A stretch of DNA of 64,000 nucleotides from Eledone cirrhosa (Eukaryota), in the NCBI GenBank assembly GCA_964016885.1, contig OZ024747.1:68758001-68822000 (forward strand), read 5' to 3'. A program made the translations under genes and the position numbers. Under the pieces are notes generated by a model. The model did no database searches. It was not told where the DNA came from and saw only the letters and a list, made by a program, of their open reading frames with translations. Of this stretch, positions 29,569 through 43,526 are shown in pieces. Each line of letters begins with the position of its first letter. The stretch's first letter is position 1.

Positions 29569-29623
29569 ACTGCTATATATATTTCAGTGACAGCCATCTT
29601 TGGCTGTGACCTCTTCAGGCAGT
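29569..29623 (-). ncRNA. Minimal type-I hammerhead
   Basis: acugc CUGAAGA ggucacagcca aaga uggcugucacu GAAA uauaua UA gcagu. Confidence 0.85.
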
Positions 29624-29736
29624 TTGAATTAGTATGGTATAGACAAGTACATATGTTGTTTAGGTGTATAATATTGTCAATACTCTGATATGCCCAGTTC
29701 CTTGTTGGGTTGTTAATTCACTGAGGAACTGGAGTC

Positions 29737-29767
<31 letters not shown>

Positions 29768-29982
29768 CCTATATATATATATATATATACACATATATAT
29801 ATATACACATATATATATACATATATATACATATATATATATATATACATACATATATATATACATACAGTTGTAATAGAATGAAAACGAAATTTCATTT
29901 CTCACTCTTAGTACGGCACTTACTTAAATGTAAGTATGTATGTATACGTACATACATATATGTATACAGACGTACAGTAGCA

Positions 29983-30034
<52 letters not shown>

Positions 30035-30185
30035 CAGGTACACATACATATATGTACGTATCAGTTTAGCGGACGTTTATTATAACGCCCGCTTTGTCCG
30101 TTTGTAAACAAACGAACAGCCTGAATTTATGCCGTACGGTGTTAAGGCAACCACGTCACCTTTTTGTTCAACACTGACACAGGAA

Positions 30186-30226
30186 CGATGTACTAGTTTC
30201 AAGCTTCTTAGCTATCCTCAGCACCG
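30186..30226 (-). ncRNA. Minimal type-I hammerhead
   Basis: cggug CUGAGGA u agcu aaga agcu u GAAA cuag UA caucg. Confidence 0.85.
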
Positions 30227-30410
30227 TATACCCTTCTGCCAGATGGTTGAATGTTCGAAAGTATATACTTTCCTTATGAAAATTAACGGCTGAGCAGCCT
30301 TAACACCGTACGGCATAAATTCAGGCTGTTCGTTTGTTTACAAACGGACAAAGCGGGCGTTATAACAAACGTCCGCTAAACTGATACGTACATATATGTA
30401 TGTGTACCTG

Positions 30411-30488
<78 letters not shown>

Positions 30489-30717
30489 TGCTACTGTACG
30501 TCTGTATACATATATGTATGTACGTATACATACATACTTACATTTAAGTAAGTGCCGTACTAAGAGTGAGAAATGAAATTTCGTTTTCATTCTATTACAA
30601 CTTATCGTTTTCGGTGCGCCTGGCCGACTGAACTCACTTGATTAGGCTGCTCAGCCGTTAGTTTTCATAAGGAAAGTATATACTTTCGAACGTTCAACCA
30701 TCTATCAGAAGGGTATA

Positions 30718-30758
30718 CAGTGCTGATGATAGCTAAGAAGCTTGAAACTAGTACATCG
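30718..30758 (+). ncRNA. Minimal type-I hammerhead
   Basis: cagug CUGAUGA u agcu aaga agcu u GAAA cuag UA caucg. Confidence 0.8.
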
Positions 30759-30909
30759 TTCCTGTGTCAGTGTTGAACAAAAAGGTGACGTGGTTGCCTT
30801 AACACCGTACGGCATAAATTCAGGCTGTTCGTTTGTTTACAAACGGACAAAGCGGGCGTTATAATAAACGTCCGCTAAACTGATACGTACATATATGTAT
30901 GTGTACCTG

Positions 30910-30949
<40 letters not shown>

Positions 30950-31108
30950 TGCTACTGTACGTCTGTATACATATATGTATGTACGTATACATACATACTT
31001 ATATACATACATATATATATACATATATATACATATATATATATACATATATACATACAAATATATATATATACATACATATATATATATGCATACATCT
31101 ATATATAT

Positions 31109-31156
<48 letters not shown>

Positions 31157-31392
31157 ATACATATATATAAAATATAACATCACCCGGTCTGAGAATTGAA
31201 CTCACAACCTTTCGATTGCAAGGCCAATGCTCTAACCACTAAGACATGTGTCTATATATATCATCATCACCGTTTTACGTCCTTTCTTCCACGCTAGCAT
31301 GGGTTAGACGCGTTGTCCTGTTGTGGGCAGTGTCTGGTCGGCTGACCATGCCTTGCTCATACAGGAACTGATTTGGCTTGATTTCTACAGCT

Positions 31393-31467
<75 letters not shown>

Positions 31468-31568
31468 TATAAATAAATATAAATATATAAATAAATATAA
31501 ATATATAATTAAATATAAATATAAATATATATATATATAAATAAATATAAATATATATAAATATAAAT

Positions 31569-31599
<31 letters not shown>

Positions 31600-31692
31600 A
31601 ATAAATATAAATATATACAAATATAAATATATATAAATATATAAATAAATATATATATAAATATAAATATATATATAAATATATATAAATAA

Positions 31693-31768
<76 letters not shown>

Positions 31769-31774
31769 GGAAAA

Positions 31775-32140
31775 AATGAAACAAAATTTCATTTCCCACT
31801 CTTAGTACGGCTGTTACTTAAATATAAGTATGTACACGTGCATACATATATGTATACAGACGTACAGTAGTATGTATATATATATACATACATGCACACA
31901 TATATATATGTACGTATGGATTCACCGAACATTTATTATAATGCTCGGTGTGTTTATAAACAAACATCCCGTATTAAGCCGTAGTGTCCAGCAACCATCG
32001 TTGCTCGTTTGTTCACCACTGACAAAGGAACGCTGTACTAGTTTCAAGCTTATTAGCTATCGTCAGCAACGTATACCTTCCTGCCAGATTGTTGAACATA
32101 TATACTTACCTTATGCATATTAACGGCTGAGTCGCCCAAT
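31775..32140 (-). mobile_element. Diverged copy of the ~500-bp HHR unit
   Basis: homologous to 29880-30300. Confidence 0.8.
32031..32071 (-). ncRNA. Minimal type-I hammerhead
   Basis: cguug CUGACGA u agcu aaua agcu u GAAA cuag UA cagcg. Confidence 0.85.
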
Positions 32141-32151
32141 TTGCATATCGA

Positions 32152-32487
32152 GCACCAGTTGCTTTCACTTCAATTTATTATAATAAATTTATAAATTTAG
32201 GAATTTATAAATTTCCAGTGCGCAAACTAAGCACACAACACACACACAAAAACAAGATGGCGTAGGACAGAACAAAGGAGAGACACAAAAAAACAAAGAA
32301 AAGAATCCCCAGTCACCGAAGAGGTCACAGAATGTGTGACGAAAGAACTTTGACAATATATAAACAAGCATCTGGTTGTGGAACCAACCAACCAACCGGA
32401 AATTTATAAATTTATTATAATAAAAGTGAAAGCAACTGGTGCGTGTGTTTCTTATTGGCAACATGACCCTCCCAAAGTATAGCAAAA
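32152..32487 (+). mobile_element. PLE pLTR copy with core-mutated HHR (32312-32354) and short 5' inversion
   Basis: reverse complement of ~32730-33000; core CCGAAGA; 32152-32198 inverted relative to ~32400-32445. Confidence 0.8.
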
Positions 32488-32502
32488 TATATATATATAT
32501 AT

Positions 32503-32555
<53 letters not shown>

Positions 32556-32560
32556 TATAC

Positions 32561-32657
<97 letters not shown>

Positions 32658-32670
32658 CATATATATATAT

Positions 32671-33812
32671 TTCGTTTCTGAATTTGTTTAGCAAGATTCT
32701 TTATCTGAAATCGTGTGTTGAAACCGATATTGTTATACTTTGGGAGGGTCATGTTGCCAATAAGAAACACACGCACCAGTTACTTTCACTTCAATTTATT
32801 ATAATAAATTTATAAATTTCTGGTTGGTTGGTTGGTTCCATAACCAGATAGTTGTTTATAGTTTATATATTGTCATAGTTCTTTCGTCACACATTCTGTG
32901 ACCTCTTCAGTGACTCGGGATTCTTTTCTTTGTTTTTTGTGCCTCTCTTTTGTTCTGTCCTACGCCATTTTGTTTCTGTGTGTGTGTTGTGTGCTCAGTC
33001 TGCTCATGCACCACATCCGGGTGTCTGTGTGTGTTTATGTTCATTTATATATTTGTTTATTTACATGTTACTGGTTGGTTGTTTGTTCTCTGTGTGTGTG
33101 TGTTTTCATTTTGTCCTTAATTGTAAGTTGTGATGTTGCTGTTCCACTCATATTTTCTATTTAATTTTGGTTGTAATTCTTTTATGTTTATTGCCTCTGT
33201 GATTTGTCTAAACATTGCGTCTTTTCTGTGTGTAGATTCTATTTCTATTTCTATGTTCTCTAATTTACCCTTGTGTTCTATTTTAGCATGTTGGTAGAGT
33301 ACAGATGATTCTTTACTATCTTGAAGGTCTCGCCAGTGTTCATTTATCCGTTCCCCTATACTACGAGCTGTCTCACCTATGTACACTATCTTTTTGTCTC
33401 TACATTGTCCTTCAGTACATCTTATGCTATACACTACATTTCTAGTTTTACAGTTAATATGGGGGCTTATTTTACAGGTTATACATTTCTTATCTATACA
33501 TGAGGGTCTTTGAAAAGGGTATGTCTTGCTAATAAGTGTTTTTACGGAGGTACCTGGTCTTTCTACTATCTTAATGTTGAGTTTATGTTTATCTAGGGCC
33601 CTTCTAAATTTGTAAGCTAATTCACCTCTAGGGGTTGTATCGATGAACATTACACTCTGGTATTTATTGCTATCATACCATGAGTTTATTCTATTAGCCT
33701 TGTTCCTAGTTCTTTCTATTCTATTCCAAAATTTGCTCCTATACAAGGGGCAGGTCCCATTTATGTCATTATTTACCATTTTTTCCCATTTCGTTCTGGC
33801 TCCTCTATACAC
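32671..33812 (-). mobile_element. 5'-truncated Penelope-like element (Neptune-like), GIY-YIG ORF 33117-33812
   Basis: C..KKCITCK...C, NVVYSIRC, VYIGETARSIGERINEH; paralog of the 25168 ORF. Confidence 0.9.
32872..32914 (-). ncRNA. Minimal type-I hammerhead in PLE 3' end
   Basis: guca CUGAAGA g gucaca gaaug ugugac GAAA gaac UA ugac. Confidence 0.78.
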
Positions 33813-34356
33813 GCTGATTTTATCTGGCTTGATTTCTACAGCTGGATGCCCTTCCTAACACCAACCTCATTTACAGTGAGTGCTGGGTGCTTTTTTGCTG
33901 TGGCACCTCCACGACCACTTTGCAGTGGAATGATAGGGACCCCATTCCCTATCATCTCATTTCTACAGCTGAGTAAACTGTATGTATATGTATATATCTA
34001 AATATATACATATAAATATGTATATATCTATATATATATCTATATTTATGTATATATATAGATATATACATATATATATGTATATATATAGATATATACA
34101 TATATATATGTAGATATATACATATATATATGTACATATATACATATATATATGTATATATATAGATATATAAATATATATATGTTCATATATATATGTA
34201 TATAGATATATACATATGTATATATATAGATATATACATATATATATGTATATATATAGATATATATACACATATATGTATATACGTATAAATATATATG
34301 TATGTATATATATAGATATATACATATATATATGTGTATATATATATACATATATG

Positions 34357-34392
<36 letters not shown>

Positions 34393-34644
34393 TATACATA
34401 TATATATAGATGTATATATATATAGATATACACAGATATATATGTATTTATGTGTGTATATGTATATATATGTGTATATATGTATATGTGTATATATATA
34501 TATACACATATATAGAGAGATATACATATATATGTATATATATATATATGTGTGTATATATGTATATGTGTATATATATATACATATATATAGAGAGAGA
34601 TATACATATATATGTATATATATATGTGTATATATGTATATGTG

Positions 34645-35920
34645 TGGCCGAGCTAGAGAAGAAATTCCAAACATGGAAGCATGGCCTAGAATCAAAAGGC
34701 CTTAAAATTAACCTGGCTAAGACTAAAGTTCTAGTTTGTAGGAAAGAAAATAAGGCGCTGGTCCCCTCCGGGAAATGGCCATGCTCAGTGTGTAGGAAAG
34801 GCGTAGGTAGAAACTCCATTTTATGTCCCAAATGCAAAGTATGGGTGCATAAAAGATGTAGTGGGATCACAGGTAAGCTAACTAAGAACACAGATCTTAC
34901 ATGTGGCCGGTGCTCTGGTGCAATAAGTAGCAGCAAGTGCCCAAAAAATACTAGCTCTTTCAATTGTGTAGAGGGTTCTATAGAAATAGTGGACAGCTTC
35001 CGTTACCTGGGTGACAAAATCAGCAGTGGGGGAGGGTGTTCTGAAAGTACAGTAGCTAGAGTCAGAACTGGATGGAAAAAGTTCAGAGAGCTTATACCAC
35101 TATTAGCCGCTAAAGGGTTCTCCCTAAAAATGAAAGGCAGGTTGTATGATGCCTGCATACGAACAGCAATGTTGCATGGCAGTGAGACCTGGGCATTGTG
35201 TGCAGAGGATATACGCAGACTAGAGAGGAACGAAGCTTGCATGCTCCGCTGGATGTGTAATAGTAATATACGTGAACGGCAAAGCATAAACGAACTAAGG
35301 AAAAAATTAGAAATAAGAGGGATCAGATGTTGTTTACTCGAGAGAAGGCTACGTTGGTATGGTCACGTGATGCGCATGAAAGACGACAGCTGTATAACAA
35401 AGTGCAGGGCAATAAAGATAGATGGTAGCCACGGAGTAGGCTACCATCTATCTTTCACACACTTACACCTTTCCAAGACAATGTCACTGGACCGAGACCT
35501 TTGGTGGTACTCAGTAACAGAGAAGACCCGCCTTACCTAAATACAAAGTAAAACCTACTACAGTCAGTAGACATCTCTAATAAAATACACCCCCGTCCCA
35601 CCACCCCCACCCCATCCACACCACCCCTTTCAATGCAAAGTTATGTTGGTGCCACAACATCCAGGCTGAAACAAATGAGATCGTGTAGGTGTCACGACAA
35701 AAAACACACAGTCCACGCTGTAATGTGGCCGTGTAGGCAACACGGTAAAAACCTCCCAGTCCCACACTGTAAATGTGGTTGGTGTTAGGAAGGGCATCCA
35801 GCCATAGAAAACCCACCAGACCTATGCGAGCAAGACAACCACTCTTGCCTCAAGTGGGAAAACCCCCGTCCAAACCCATGCAAGCGTGGAACAGGGACGT
35901 TAAACGATGATGATGATGAT
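34645..35920 (+). mobile_element. 5'-truncated RTE LINE, same subfamily as 2581-6830
   Basis: [18 protein letters not shown]...; 3'UTR and (GAT)n tail into (TA)n. Confidence 0.93.
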
Positions 35921-36045
35921 ACATATATATAGAGAGATATACATATATATGTATATATATATGTGTATATATGTATATGTGTATATATGTATATGTGTAT
36001 ATATATATATACATATATATATATAGAGAGATATACATATATATG

Positions 36046-36099
<54 letters not shown>

Positions 36100-36569
36100 T
36101 ATACATATATATGTATATATATATATATAGAGATATACATATATATGTATATATATAGATATATACATATGTATATATATGTGTGTGTATATATGTATAT
36201 ATGTGTATATATGTATATATATATGTGTGTATATATATGTATATATATATGTGTATATATATATATGTATATATGTGTATATATATATAAGTGTATATGT
36301 ATATATATAAGTGTATATATATATAAGTGTATATATATATATAAGTGTATATATATATATATATATATATATGTGTATATATATCTATCTGTATATATAA
36401 TAAATGTTTCTCCGTTAGGCACAAGGCCAGCAATTACCCAGTGTATTACTGGTACTTTATTTTATCGACCCCGTAAGGATGAAAGGCAAAGTTAACCTCG
36501 GCGGGATTTGAACTCAGAATGGCAAGGGCCGTAACTCTATGCGTCAAAGCATATATCTGTATATATACA

Positions 36570-37625
36570 AAGAAAGTTCATAAGGAGTTAGAGACTGAAA
36601 ATGGAAACATATCAGCAGTATCAAAGCATAAAAAGGATTCCTAACACTCTGACATCATCAAAATATCTGAATTTATCCAGCAAGTTCTGCACACCATTGA
36701 CAACATTCCCAGAAAATCCATGAGGTCACTTGCAAATGATTTCTATGTGTCACAAAGAACAATCAGAAATGTTGTCCGCGAAAACAGATATGTCTTATGT
36801 TATGAGGAAAGGTCAATTTATGTCAGAAAAACGAAAAAGAAAATAACTTAATCAGATCCAAAAGGCTCTTAAACAAACTTAAAAATCCTGCAGAAGATGT
36901 GATTTGGTGTTTCTCAGAAAAACTTTGACCAAGATCAGAAATTTAACAAAAGAAATGACCGATGGTTATGTGCAGACCCTTCTGAAGTTCCAACAGTTAT
37001 GCATACAACATTTCCTGCAACTCTCATAATTTTAGGGATTATAGGCAATGAAGGACATGTGATGCCTCCTCACTTCCTTCCACAAGACTTTAGAGTTAAC
37101 TCTACTGCCTACATTGAGGTACTGGAAACAGTTGTTAAGCCCTGGATAGACAGTGCATGTAATGGAAGGCCTTATGTGCTTCAACAATACACTGCATTAT
37201 TACACAAAGCTCAAGTAATGCAGGAATGGATGGCTAAACATTTTCATGATCACATGATCCCTAATATTTGGCCTCCTAACTCCTCAGTTCTCAATCCATT
37301 GGACTACTATATGTAAAGTGGTCAGTGAACAATTCCATTACACCAAAGATTCTTTGAAAGCCACCATAGTCAGAGTAATGTCCAGTATGAACCAGGGCTA
37401 TTTAATTCGAGCATGTAGATGATTTCAACCTCACAGAGAAAAAAACTATTGAAGCTGAAGGTGGCTTTGTTGAACAGAATTATAAAAAAGATGATTTACT
37501 TTTATGCTTATAGCATTTTATCAATAATTATTATTAATATTATTAATAATAAATATTATATTAATAATAAATATTATTTGTTGTTATATGTTTTTCTATA
37601 AACATAAATCTGTCCTCAAATACCT
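36570..37625 (+). mobile_element. Tc1/mariner (maT/DD37D-like) transposase relic
   Basis: NDRWL, EGHVMPPHF, Y..VL..VVKPW, WPPNSSVLNPLDYY. Confidence 0.85.
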
Positions 37626-37869
37626 ATATATATATATATATATGTCTGTGTGTGTGGGGGGGGGGGGGGGGGGGGGGGTAAGTGTGTGCATGTATATATA
37701 AATCTTAGAATTCATAAATTTTTGCATTCCTATATGCTGCAATCTTTCCCAACATTTTTTTATTTATATTATATATTTCACATTAAGCAATTTATAATTC
37801 TAATGACATGTATAATTGAAGAACATATTTCAAATACCAATTATAATTATGCAATTTATTAATTTAATT

Positions 37870-38340
37870 ACTGTATATGCTGGCATATAAGTCGATCCGG
37901 CATATAGGTCGACTCCTAAAATTCAGGTTTAGGGCTATATTCGCCAGATAAGATGACCCCAAAATATGACACTTGCAAGGGGAATAATTAAAAAAATTTA
38001 GTGACACCCTAAAGTCTAAGACACTTCTAAATCACTTCAGTCGCAAGTGAGTTCTAACTCACTGAGTAAACCAGCCTAACCTAACCTTAACGAACCTATG
38101 GTAACCTACTCTATGAGTTTACGGCAAGTCTTTGATATTATTATAATCTCTACATTAAATAGACTTAACAAATATGAGATTCAGTAGGAAATAATTGTGG
38201 TGGGTTACTAGAGTTATGGTAAGTGTTGTATAAGGAGTGTTAGGCAGGCAGTTGCACAGTCTATCCCTCAGTGGTAAAGGTTCATATTTTATATTTGGCA
38301 GACAAATCGACCTCTGCTTTTTGAGAGATATTTTTAGGCT
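37870..38340. mobile_element. Possible pogo/Tigger-like non-autonomous DNA element fragment
   Basis: tactgtatatgctggcatataagtcga resembles pogo-type termini; second end not identified. Confidence 0.35.
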
Positions 38341-39045
38341 CCGGTAATTAAAGCAAAGTTAACCTCGGCAAATCCCGCCGAGGTTAACTTTGCCTTTCAT
38401 TCTTATGGGGTCGATTTAATCGACTTTACTCTCCCCCAAATTACTGGCCTTGTGCCTATACTAGAAATCATTATCACTCTAAAAAGTACAGTTATAACAT
38501 CAAATCACTTCATATGATAACAAGGGAAATAACTCTAAAATGCCAAGCTTCTGATAAGTATATACATGTGCATATGTTTATTTGTTTATGTATAAATATA
38601 TCTTCTTTTCTTCTTTACTCAATTATTCCCGAGATGGTCGTGGGTGCAGAGTCCTCAAACACTCCTTCCCGCGGGTCCTGTCAGAAGCAACCGTTTTCAA
38701 ATGAACCGGCTGGATCTCCAAGTAAGACTAGCTGAGCTCATGGATGTTATCCAACTATCTTGCTCGTAGTCTATTAAAGTATAGTTATCAGAAGAAGTAA
38801 TAAAACACTATATTTATAGTGGGTAGGTAACAATAGTTATAGGTAGTTCACCTGTCAGTGCACTCAATGCAGTTCTAAAGACCCGTCATGTGTAGGGTTA
38901 TACTTCCACGTAGTTGTCATAAGTGAAAACAGTCTATACATGGTGCAACCATGAGATTTTATTTTTGCTTATATATATATAATTGGTGTTGGATGCTTAA
39001 AGCGTCCGTATGAGCACTCGATGCCCTTATAGAGCAGAGTATGAG

Positions 39046-39209
39046 ATCACAGAAAAAAGAGAATCAGTGTTGCGACGAAAGGAATTTATTACAATTTTCA
39101 GAGTCAGGTTTGATCACCATATCGATCGTGCCTCGAGCTGGTCGCCCGAGAAACAATTGTAATATGTCCAATAAATTCCTTTTGTCGCAACACTGATTCT
39201 CTTTTTTCT

Positions 39210-39214
<5 letters not shown>
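39046..39214. repeat. Hairpin with ~45-bp arms enclosing an HHR-like relic
   Basis: atcacagaaaaaagagaatcagtgttgcgac / gtcgcaacactgattctcttttttctgtgat. Confidence 0.85.
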
Positions 39215-39256
<42 letters not shown>

Positions 39257-39258
39257 TA

Positions 39259-39374
39259 TAGAAATGGCTTCTATAGGATTACAAATGTTTTATTCAAAAG
39301 AAGTCATCAGGAAAGCCCTTTCCTGGTGATTTCCTTTGAATGAAATAATTCTAGTTCCGTAGAAGCCATTTCTA
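39259..39374. repeat. Fold-back of two degenerate HHR cores
   Basis: gtcatcaggaaa-gccc-tttcctggtgat; right arm ctggtga tttcctttgaat gaaa. Confidence 0.7.
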
Positions 39375-39435
39375 CACTAAACATGATGTTTACACTCTAT
39401 TAATGGTTACCCCAAATTCTCTCATATATATATAT

Positions 39436-39660
39436 ATAGTTATGTAATAAACAACATAAGATAATTATTTCATTTACCAGTGGTTTCTTGAAAGCAAACA
39501 AATCTGCTTTCAGTCATCAGAATGAAAAAATCCAGGTGTTTTTATTGAATGTGGATTTGAAAAACCACATTCAATAAAAACACCAGGATTTTTTCATTCT
39601 GATGACTGAAAGCAAATTTGTTTGCTTTCAAGAAACCACTGTTGTTTATTACATAACTAT
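39436..39660. repeat. Fold-back with intact HHR (left, -) and truncated HHR (right, +)
   Basis: arms pair around loop 39555-39564. Confidence 0.9.
39468..39527 (-). ncRNA. Type-I hammerhead
   Basis: uuucauu CUGAUGA c ugaaagcaga uuug uuugcuuuca a GAAA ccacugg UA aaugaaa. Confidence 0.85.
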
Positions 39661-40610
39661 TAAGCTACATAGAGCACTCTTTTTTACTGGACCTTTCCGA
39701 CGGAATTACTTCATTTATATATATATATATAGCGGATAAATGGTATTGTTCGTGTGGTAGTTTGTTGAAAAGAATAATGTCATGATTGAGTTGTTAACAA
39801 CGTTTATTTTATAACAACAATATTTTATAACAACAATATTCACTTTGAACATCGAGTAATAATATTTATGGCATGAAATATCCCTACATTAATTTGTTGA
39901 CTAACTTCTCCGAGTTAGCGTAAATGCATGTATCACAGAAAACGATACAGTAAAAGTTGTGTTGTATCTTACAGATACAATATGACAGGAAGAATAGGGT
40001 GAGCGTAGAATGTAAACAATATGAACTTAATATGTGTGTGTGTGCCTATTCTTAGAATATATTCTTCTCAAGGATGGTGCCTCATGTCTGGCTGCCTGGC
40101 TTTGTCTGTGGCCGGTAAGGTGGAAGCCAGTAAGGGCCGGGAGAGAGATAGGGTGAAAGGTCTGCTACATCGTGAACCTTAACACGGACTGCTTGCTTCG
40201 GTCTCTCTGGCTTTAGATTCCTTAACTCCTTCTATTTATAATAGTGCTATAGTTAGAAGGTTGTGTATATGAGTTGATTTATGGGCAGCCATGTGGATAT
40301 CGTCTCCCAGGAAGCTGGGATCAGAGGTCAAGAGGAATGTATGTTTATCATCGTTGTCTTGACAGGACAATGCTGAGAACCTTCCATTAATGGGTGGTCC
40401 CAGAGGCGAGAAACCTCAGATTCGGTTTCGAATCGTCGCCGGTAAAATATAGGAGTATTCCGTTATATATATATAACAGAATACTCCTATGTTTTCTCGC
40501 TGTTCAAAGTGAATATTGTTATTATAAAATAAAAGTTGTTAACTCAATCATGGCATTATTCTTTTCAAGGATGCTGCTTTATGTCTGGCTGCCTGAAAAT
40601 AAATATATAT

Positions 40611-40664
<54 letters not shown>

Positions 40665-40699
40665 ATATAAGATCAAAAGATGGTTAAAGGAGTTCCATG

Positions 40700-40770
40700 T
40701 ATTTTATTATGCGCATTTCAAAAACAAACATCATCATGCAATAATATTTGTGTTTTCATCAGATAAAACA
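40700..40770 (-). ncRNA. Minimal type-I hammerhead in dispersed repeat ~40665-40830 (copy at ~54915-55080)
   Basis: uguuuuau CUGAUGA long stem II GAAA ugcgca UA auaaaaua. Confidence 0.82.
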
Positions 40771-40823
40771 GGAGAACATGATATGAAGGCTAAAAAACAC
40801 TTGTGGATAGTGCAGTTTTAAAT

Positions 40824-40870
<47 letters not shown>

Positions 40871-41064
40871 GATAAATCTACCAAGAGTTTACGGTAGTGT
40901 CCAATCCGTATGAAGAACTCAATGTAATCCGGATATCATGGAAAGAAGAGATGCAATGAAAAATCACTTTCGGTGAAAGATAAACGGAAAACAGAGTCAA
41001 GATAAAATATTAAAAAAATAATGAATAAAACAATGAAGCAGTTCCTTATATTAAACAAAAAAAG

Positions 41065-41270
41065 TTCATTATTTAACGATCGTTTCTAGGATACATATGT
41101 GTTAGAATTGGCATGCATATTCAACAGATCTATGTACAAAATTATACAAAATTATACAAACTATCAAAATTAAATATGCCCCAGCATGGCCTTAGCCGGA
41201 TGGCTGAAACAGGTAAAAGAGTAAAAGAGTATACCAAACACATAGATATGCCGTCTTCAGAAATAATGAA
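41065..41270 (-). ncRNA. Hammerhead with very long stem II (left arm)
   Basis: reverse complement of 48236-48441. Confidence 0.7.
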
Positions 41271-42258
41271 ATATATTTATTGATAATAACAACAATTCAA
41301 AATTAGAGGTCTGTTTGGGAACAGAGTTCAGATTGACCAATGAAAATACAAAAAGTTTATACAGTTAGGTGTGTGTATATATTCATATAAGTAACTTCGT
41401 TCACAGATATGCATAAAGATATATGTTCACATGCATACGCTTGCCAAAAAGATGTATGTAAATACAAAAATTCAAGGCTAATGTCTCTGTATGTTTATAA
41501 TCTACAGATAAAATACGTACCCACATATATAAATATAAAATAAATATATACACACATTCATATACTCACACATATACGTACATTCACACACAGACGCGGG
41601 TATACGCAAACACATACACACAACCACGAACATACATACACACATACACCCCCACACACATATATATGTGTGTATATACTATTATCATAAGCATATGGAT
41701 ATTAATGCGCGCACATAAACACTGCCACACACATTTAGATCCAGATACAGAAAGTAGGTGGGGGGGGGGGGGAGAGGTCAGTATTCACCGGTGTCAGCAG
41801 ACTGCCTATTTATAAATGTATCTATAAACTTAGAAATAAAAAGAAAAGAAAAAGAAAAAAGAAATATATCAAGAAAATATATATATATATAATATATACA
41901 TACACACACATATATATATATATACACATATATATATATATACATACACACATATATAAACAAGTAAATATAAAATATACATCGATATACATACATATAC
42001 ATATATATATATATATATACATATATACACATACATACACATACATACATATATATACACATATACACAAACACATACATACACATACATATACATACAC
42101 ACACCATATAAATACACATATACATACACACCCGCATACATATAGAGACACATACATATACACATATAAATACTTAGACATATACACATATACACACATA
42201 TATATATATATATACACATATACGCATACATATATATACACGTACATTCACAACACAC

Positions 42259-42356
<98 letters not shown>

Positions 42357-42412
42357 CTACACACATATATAAACACACTCATGTATATACACACATACAC
42401 ATACATACCCAC

Positions 42413-42463
<51 letters not shown>

Positions 42464-42478
42464 TATACACATATATAT

Positions 42479-42521
<43 letters not shown>

Positions 42522-42609
42522 TATATATATATATATAGACACATACATACACACACATACGCATACATATATATATAAAGATATATATACACACACACAC
42601 ACACACATA

Positions 42610-42676
<67 letters not shown>

Positions 42677-43029
42677 TATACATATACACACACACATATA
42701 TATACACACATACATACACACACATACATACTCATACATAGACATACATATATACTCACACACACATACACACATACATATACGCATATATACACATACA
42801 TACACATCCATGTAAGCGTATATACATACAAACACCACCACACGCTCACACAACTCAGACATACATAAATAAAGGGATATACATACACATATATACATAT
42901 ATAATATATATATATAAATATATAAATAGAGATACATATATATATATATAAAAATATATACACACGTACACACACAAAAACACACATACATACACATACA
43001 TACACACATACATATATATATACACACAT

Positions 43030-43092
<63 letters not shown>

Positions 43093-43326
43093 TATATATA
43101 TATATACACACACACATACATGCACATATATATATATATATAAAAAAAAAAGAAATAAGATAAATAAATAAATAAATAAATTAATACACACAGTCAGACA
43201 AATATGCACACACATACATATACATATATATATATATACACACACACATACATATACATATATATATATATATATACATACATACACATATATATATATA
43301 CATACACACACATACACACATCAACT

Positions 43327-43413
<87 letters not shown>

Positions 43414-43450
43414 ATGTGTATATGTGTACGTATGTGCGCATGTATATGTG

Positions 43451-43526
<76 letters not shown>

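Larger units (their letters stand above)
29868..31010. mobile_element. ~500-bp HHR repeat unit: inverted copy (29868-30300) joined to a partial tandem (30298-31010)
   Basis: gccttaacaccgtacgg recurs at ~30298 and ~30797; reverse complement at ~30134-30148. Confidence 0.85.
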
